Positions 60,544 to 64,000 of a stretch of 64,000 bases of DNA are shown piece after piece (the stretch's first letter is position 1; the number at the start of each line of letters is the position of its first letter). Source of the DNA: an uncultured Candidatus Binatia bacterium. Its GTDB lineage: Bacteria > Desulfobacterota > Binatia > Bin18. A program made the position numbers and the translations under genes. The stretch spans positions 224,001-288,000 of the forward strand of contig OZ243961.1 of assembly GCA_965214605.1 (NCBI GenBank), read 5' to 3'. The notes beneath the pieces were generated by a model. The model did not search any database. It had not been told where the DNA came from and was given only the letters and a program-made list of their open reading frames with translations.

Positions 60544-61884
60544 GTGAATGAGCCCGAGCGAGCCGTGTTGGTCGGAGTTGAAGTGCCCCCAAACGGGGGC
60601 ACACACGACCGGTCCCCCGTCGGCGATTTCCAGCTCGAAGAGTCTTTGGACGAACTGGCCCGGCTGAGTGAAGCTGCCGGCTTAGAGGTCTCCGGCCAGA
60701 TACACCAGGTCCTGCGCAATGGCGTGCAGGCAGCTTCCTACATTGGGACGGGCAAGCTGGCTGAAGTCCGGGAGTTGAGCACAGCGACCGGTGCCAATGT
60801 GGTGGTTTTTGATGAGGATTTATCCCCGGCCCAGCAGCGCAATCTGGAAAAAGCTCTGTGCCTCAAGGTTATTGATCGCAGTCAGCTGATTCTTGATATC
60901 TTTGCCCAGCGCGCCCAGAGCCAGGCCGGTAAGCTCCAGGTCGAGCTCGCCCAGCTCGAGTATCTCCGGCCGCGCCTCACCCGCCAGTGGACCCATCTCT
61001 CTCGGCTTGGCGGCGGGGTCGGTACCCGGGGGCCCGGAGAAGCGCAGCTTGAGCATGATCGACGCCGTATTCGAGAACGTATTGCCACGGTCCGGCGCCG
61101 TTTACGGCAGGTCGAACGGACGCGCGGCCTCCACCGTCAAGAGCGTACCCGGGTCCCCTTTCCGTCTATCGCTCTCGTTGGCTATACCAATGCAGGAAAA
61201 TCCACCCTGATGAACGCCCTGACCCGTGCTCAGGTCGTGGTCGAAGACAAACTCTTCGCCACCCTTGACCCGACCAGCCGTCGCCTCGATCTCCCCGGTG
61301 GACAGACTGTCTTGTTGACCGATACCGTCGGATTTATCAATAAACTGCCCCACCAGCTGATTGACGCGTTTAGGGGCACCCTCGAAGAAGTTCGGACGGC
61401 CGACATCCTTGTGCATGTGATTGATGCCAGCCATCCGCGTTGGGTGGAACAGAAAGCGGTTGTTGGGCAAGTTTTGCAAGATATTGGCGTGGCGCACATC
61501 CCGACCTTTACCGTCTATAACAAGCTTGACCAACTGCCTGCCGAGCCCCCCGAAGACGGGTGGTGGCCGAGACCCGGAGCGGAGCAGGGCGCGGCCCACG
61601 CAGGTGACGAGTTTGGTATCTCGGCTCTGAGGGGAGTCGGCATTGCCGCTCTGCTTCGCACTCTCGAGTGCCATCTGGAGCAAGAGCGCGAAGTGCTGCG
61701 GCTGGAGTTGCCCCTCGGTGCTGGACAGATCCTGGATTTTCTGCACAGAAGTGGGAGGGTGATGGAACAAACGTACACGGAGACAAACATCCGGGTCACC
61801 GCCCGGGTATCGGCCAAGGTGGCTGGACAACTCCGCAAGAGGCTGACCGCAGCTGGCCTGGCCGGATACAAGCTGAGCGCATGA
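60544..61884 (+). CDS. hflX: GTPase HflX
   Basis: [43 protein letters not shown]; GTG start assumed. Confidence 0.95.
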   Translation: MNEPERAVLVGVEVPPNGGTHDRSPVGDFQLEESLDELARLSEAAGLEVSGQIHQVLRNGVQAASYIGTGKLAEVRELSTATGANVVVFDEDLSPAQQRNLEKALCLKVIDRSQLILDIFAQRAQSQAGKLQVELAQLEYLRPRLTRQWTHLSRLGGGVGTRGPGEAQLEHDRRRIRERIATVRRRLRQVERTRGLHRQERTRVPFPSIALVGYTNAGKSTLMNALTRAQVVVEDKLFATLDPTSRRLDLPGGQTVLLTDTVGFINKLPHQLIDAFRGTLEEVRTADILVHVIDASHPRWVEQKAVVGQVLQDIGVAHIPTFTVYNKLDQLPAEPPEDGWWPRPGAEQGAAHAGDEFGISALRGVGIAALLRTLECHLEQEREVLRLELPLGAGQILDFLHRSGRVMEQTYTETNIRVTARVSAKVAGQLRKRLTAAGLAGYKLSA

Positions 61885-62474
61885 ATACAAGCTTCTCCTA
61901 CTCCCTCGAGCTTCGACATCCGCGGATCTTGCCAAATCTGATCACTGCTGTCCGTGTTCTGGCCATTCCCATCCTGCTGTTTTTTCTGGTCCGGGAGCGC
62001 TATGTGGCGGCGTTGAGCACCTTTGTCTTTGCCGCTATGACGGATTGGCTGGACGGGCAGGTCGCGCGCTACGTGGGCAGTGACTCCGATGAATTTGGCA
62101 AGCGATTTGACGCCCTCGCTGATAAAGCCCTCGTCTGCAGCACCCTGATTACGCTTACGGTCATGGGCGGTGTGCCGGCGTGGCTGACGAGCTTAGTGGT
62201 GGTCCGGGACGTCGTGTTGGTGGGCGGTTTTGGCCTCCTTTTCTTGTTGACAGGTCGCACAATTCGCACCAAGCCAAGCCAAGTTGGCAAGTGGGGCACT
62301 TTTTTACTGTTGGTCTCGGTGAGCATGGCGCTGATTGAGCTGCTCTCACCGAACTGGCTACCAGTCCCGCTGGCTCAGACGGTATGGGTACTGGCTGGGG
62401 GAGCGATTGTCTTCTCCGGTGTCCAATACGTGTGGCGGGCAGTTGACTGGCTGCAGGGTCGGGAGGAAGACTGA
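61881..62474 (+). CDS. CDP-alcohol phosphatidyltransferase (PgsA-like)
   Basis: [19 protein letters not shown]...[11 protein letters not shown]; ATGA overlap with hflX. Confidence 0.9.
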   Translation: MNTSFSYSLELRHPRILPNLITAVRVLAIPILLFFLVRERYVAALSTFVFAAMTDWLDGQVARYVGSDSDEFGKRFDALADKALVCSTLITLTVMGGVPAWLTSLVVVRDVVLVGGFGLLFLLTGRTIRTKPSQVGKWGTFLLLVSVSMALIELLSPNWLPVPLAQTVWVLAGGAIVFSGVQYVWRAVDWLQGREED

Positions 62475-62606
62475 AGTGGTCGGCCAGCGCCAGCGGGCGA
62501 TGGGGGTATGCTTGTACGTCAGCCTTAGGATTGCTATATGGGGGCTGCCCTACGATCTGTTATGAATCAGGATTGAGCAGATTCGGAGGAGGGATAGGGG
62601 GAGAGC

Positions 62607-63365
62607 GTGATTCGGGTGTTTCCGTGTGTTGAGAATACTAAACTCATGGAACTGTTCCGCAAGGGGGTGGAGGGGCAGTGGTCGGCGTCGGTGATCGACT
62701 GGGAACAACCTGTGGGGCTGAGTCGGGCTGAGCAACACGCGTTGGCCCACGTGCTGACCCCGGTCTACCTTGGTGAACAGACCGCCATGGTCGGGGCGAG
62801 TTCGGTGATCCCCCAGTTTTTCGCCACGCATCAGGTTGAGGCCCAGCTGTACCTCTCGACCTTCATGCTTGACGAGGCGCGCCACTTTGAGATGATCACC
62901 CGTTTTTACAACAAAATGGGTCTCCGTCCCATTGAGATCCGTGAGTTGAAAGTCATGTTTCGCTATCAGGTCCGGCTGTTTAAGTCGCGCGACAAGGTCG
63001 AGTGGCTGTGGGGCATCCTGTTGAGTGACATCCTGGCCCGCCATTTTTACGGGTTGCTCGTCAAAGCCCATCCAGACTCGCTCTTTGCCCAGTTTGCGAG
63101 TCGAATCATCACCGACGAGGCGCGTCATTTGGCGTTTGCCGAGCTCTACCTCGTGCAAGAGCTGAAGCGTCGGCCTGAGCTCAAGCCAGGCTTCCTCAGG
63201 ATGCAGGACGAACTGATCGGGATGATGCGGGCTATGCACGCCGGCTTAAAAGACGAAGCCTGTTTTATCGGTCTTGACGAAAAGCTTCTGTTTGATGCGG
63301 TGGTCCACGATGTCGAAAAGAAAGTCCGCCGTATGCAGCTCCACGAACCGTCACAGGACAAATAG
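62607..63365 (+). CDS. Ferritin-like diiron-carboxylate protein
   Basis: GEQTA, then two DEARH motifs spaced as in four-helix diiron proteins. Confidence 0.8.
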   Translation: MIRVFPCVENTKLMELFRKGVEGQWSASVIDWEQPVGLSRAEQHALAHVLTPVYLGEQTAMVGASSVIPQFFATHQVEAQLYLSTFMLDEARHFEMITRFYNKMGLRPIEIRELKVMFRYQVRLFKSRDKVEWLWGILLSDILARHFYGLLVKAHPDSLFAQFASRIITDEARHLAFAELYLVQELKRRPELKPGFLRMQDELIGMMRAMHAGLKDEACFIGLDEKLLFDAVVHDVEKKVRRMQLHEPSQDK

Positions 63366-64000
63366 GTGAGGCACGGTCCAGTTCGTCAGTCCGCCGCTCG
63401 TCTGCCGCGCTGGCCACGGGTGAACCGTCCCGACACGGTGCAGTACCGACAAGACCACCTTCGGGCTCTCGCCCACTGGGACACGAGCCACCAGCACGTC
63501 CTGAACTGGCCGGTCCCAGAATCGGTATTGGCCCGTTTTCAAGAGTGTCTGACCGGGCATGTGGTGCTGCCCGTCGGGGTCGTTGGCCCGCTGGCTGTGA
63601 ATCTGGGCCACTACAGACTTGACGACACGGGCTTTGTCCGGGAAGAAGAGCGCAGCAACGAACAGGTGTTTGTTCCGCTGGCCCACACCGAAGGTGGCCT
63701 GTCCGCCTCGGTCCAACGGGGCGCAATCGCCGTGGCGCTAGCCGGAGGCATTCGCACCCATGTCCTGGCCGATAGCATGACCCGAGACTCGTGTTTTGTC
63801 TTCGGTTCGACCCAGGCAGCGCTGCGCCTTGCCGACTGGTTGGCCGATCAACAAACGGCGATGGCCGCCTGGCTGCGTCAGGCTGCGCAGGCTCCGCCCG
63901 CCAAAGCCCAGCTTGATCTCCCGCCGATCAGCCGGCACGCCGTCTTGCGTGGACTTGAGACGCATGTGATCGGCCCCATGTGTCACGTGTTGTATCGGTT
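63366..64000 (+). CDS. HMG-CoA reductase, class I-like (runs off the window)
   Basis: Not in the ORF track. Manual translation gives ECLTGHVVLPVGVVGPL...VPLAHTEGGLSASVQRGA...DSMTRDSCF, matching the ENxxG/P(V/L)GVAGP, PMATTEG.L.AS..RG and DGMTR motifs. Confidence 0.8.
   Translation, partial: MRHGPVRQSAARLPRWPRVNRPDTVQYRQDHLRALAHWDTSHQHVLNWPVPESVLARFQECLTGHVVLPVGVVGPLAVNLGHYRLDDTGFVREEERSNEQVFVPLAHTEGGLSASVQRGAIAVALAGGIRTHVLADSMTRDSCFVFGSTQAALRLADWLADQQTAMAAWLRQAAQAPPAKAQLDLPPISRHAVLRGLETHVIGPMCHVLYR

Overview
Bacterial chromosomal window, visibly GC-rich in the core genes; the gene order looks Deltaproteobacteria/Binatota-like, which is an inference. 1-27971 is housekeeping and catabolic: M20 peptidase, smc-ftsY-zapB-zapA-rny-tyrS-era, an atoE-like transporter, a thiolase-like/DUF35/acyl-CoA dehydrogenase/enoyl-CoA hydratase cluster, metF-cupin dioxygenase-MesD-like methionine synthase, sufT and guaB-guaA. 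A ~29 kb genomic island is inserted at the 3' end of guaA (27957-56958) and is bounded by an imperfect duplication of the guaA terminus. It has lost its integrase and keeps only decayed ICE conjugation genes, but carries intact defence cargo: a three-gene SNF2-DUF3883/DUF1156 methylase/HEPN-DUF499 restriction-like system, HipBA, McrBC, a CBASS operon (patatin, CD-NTase, stand-alone E2-SEC-C) with divergent CapH/CapP-like regulators, an orphan dynamin-like GTPase with a putative DNA-binding N-terminus, and a RelE-type toxin-antitoxin pair. The core resumes with dnaE-hflX-CDP-alcohol phosphatidyltransferase, then a ferritin-like diiron protein and a class I-like HMG-CoA reductase running off the right edge. 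No tRNA, rRNA or CRISPR array was recognised. All calls come from motif recognition by eye; no database searches were run.
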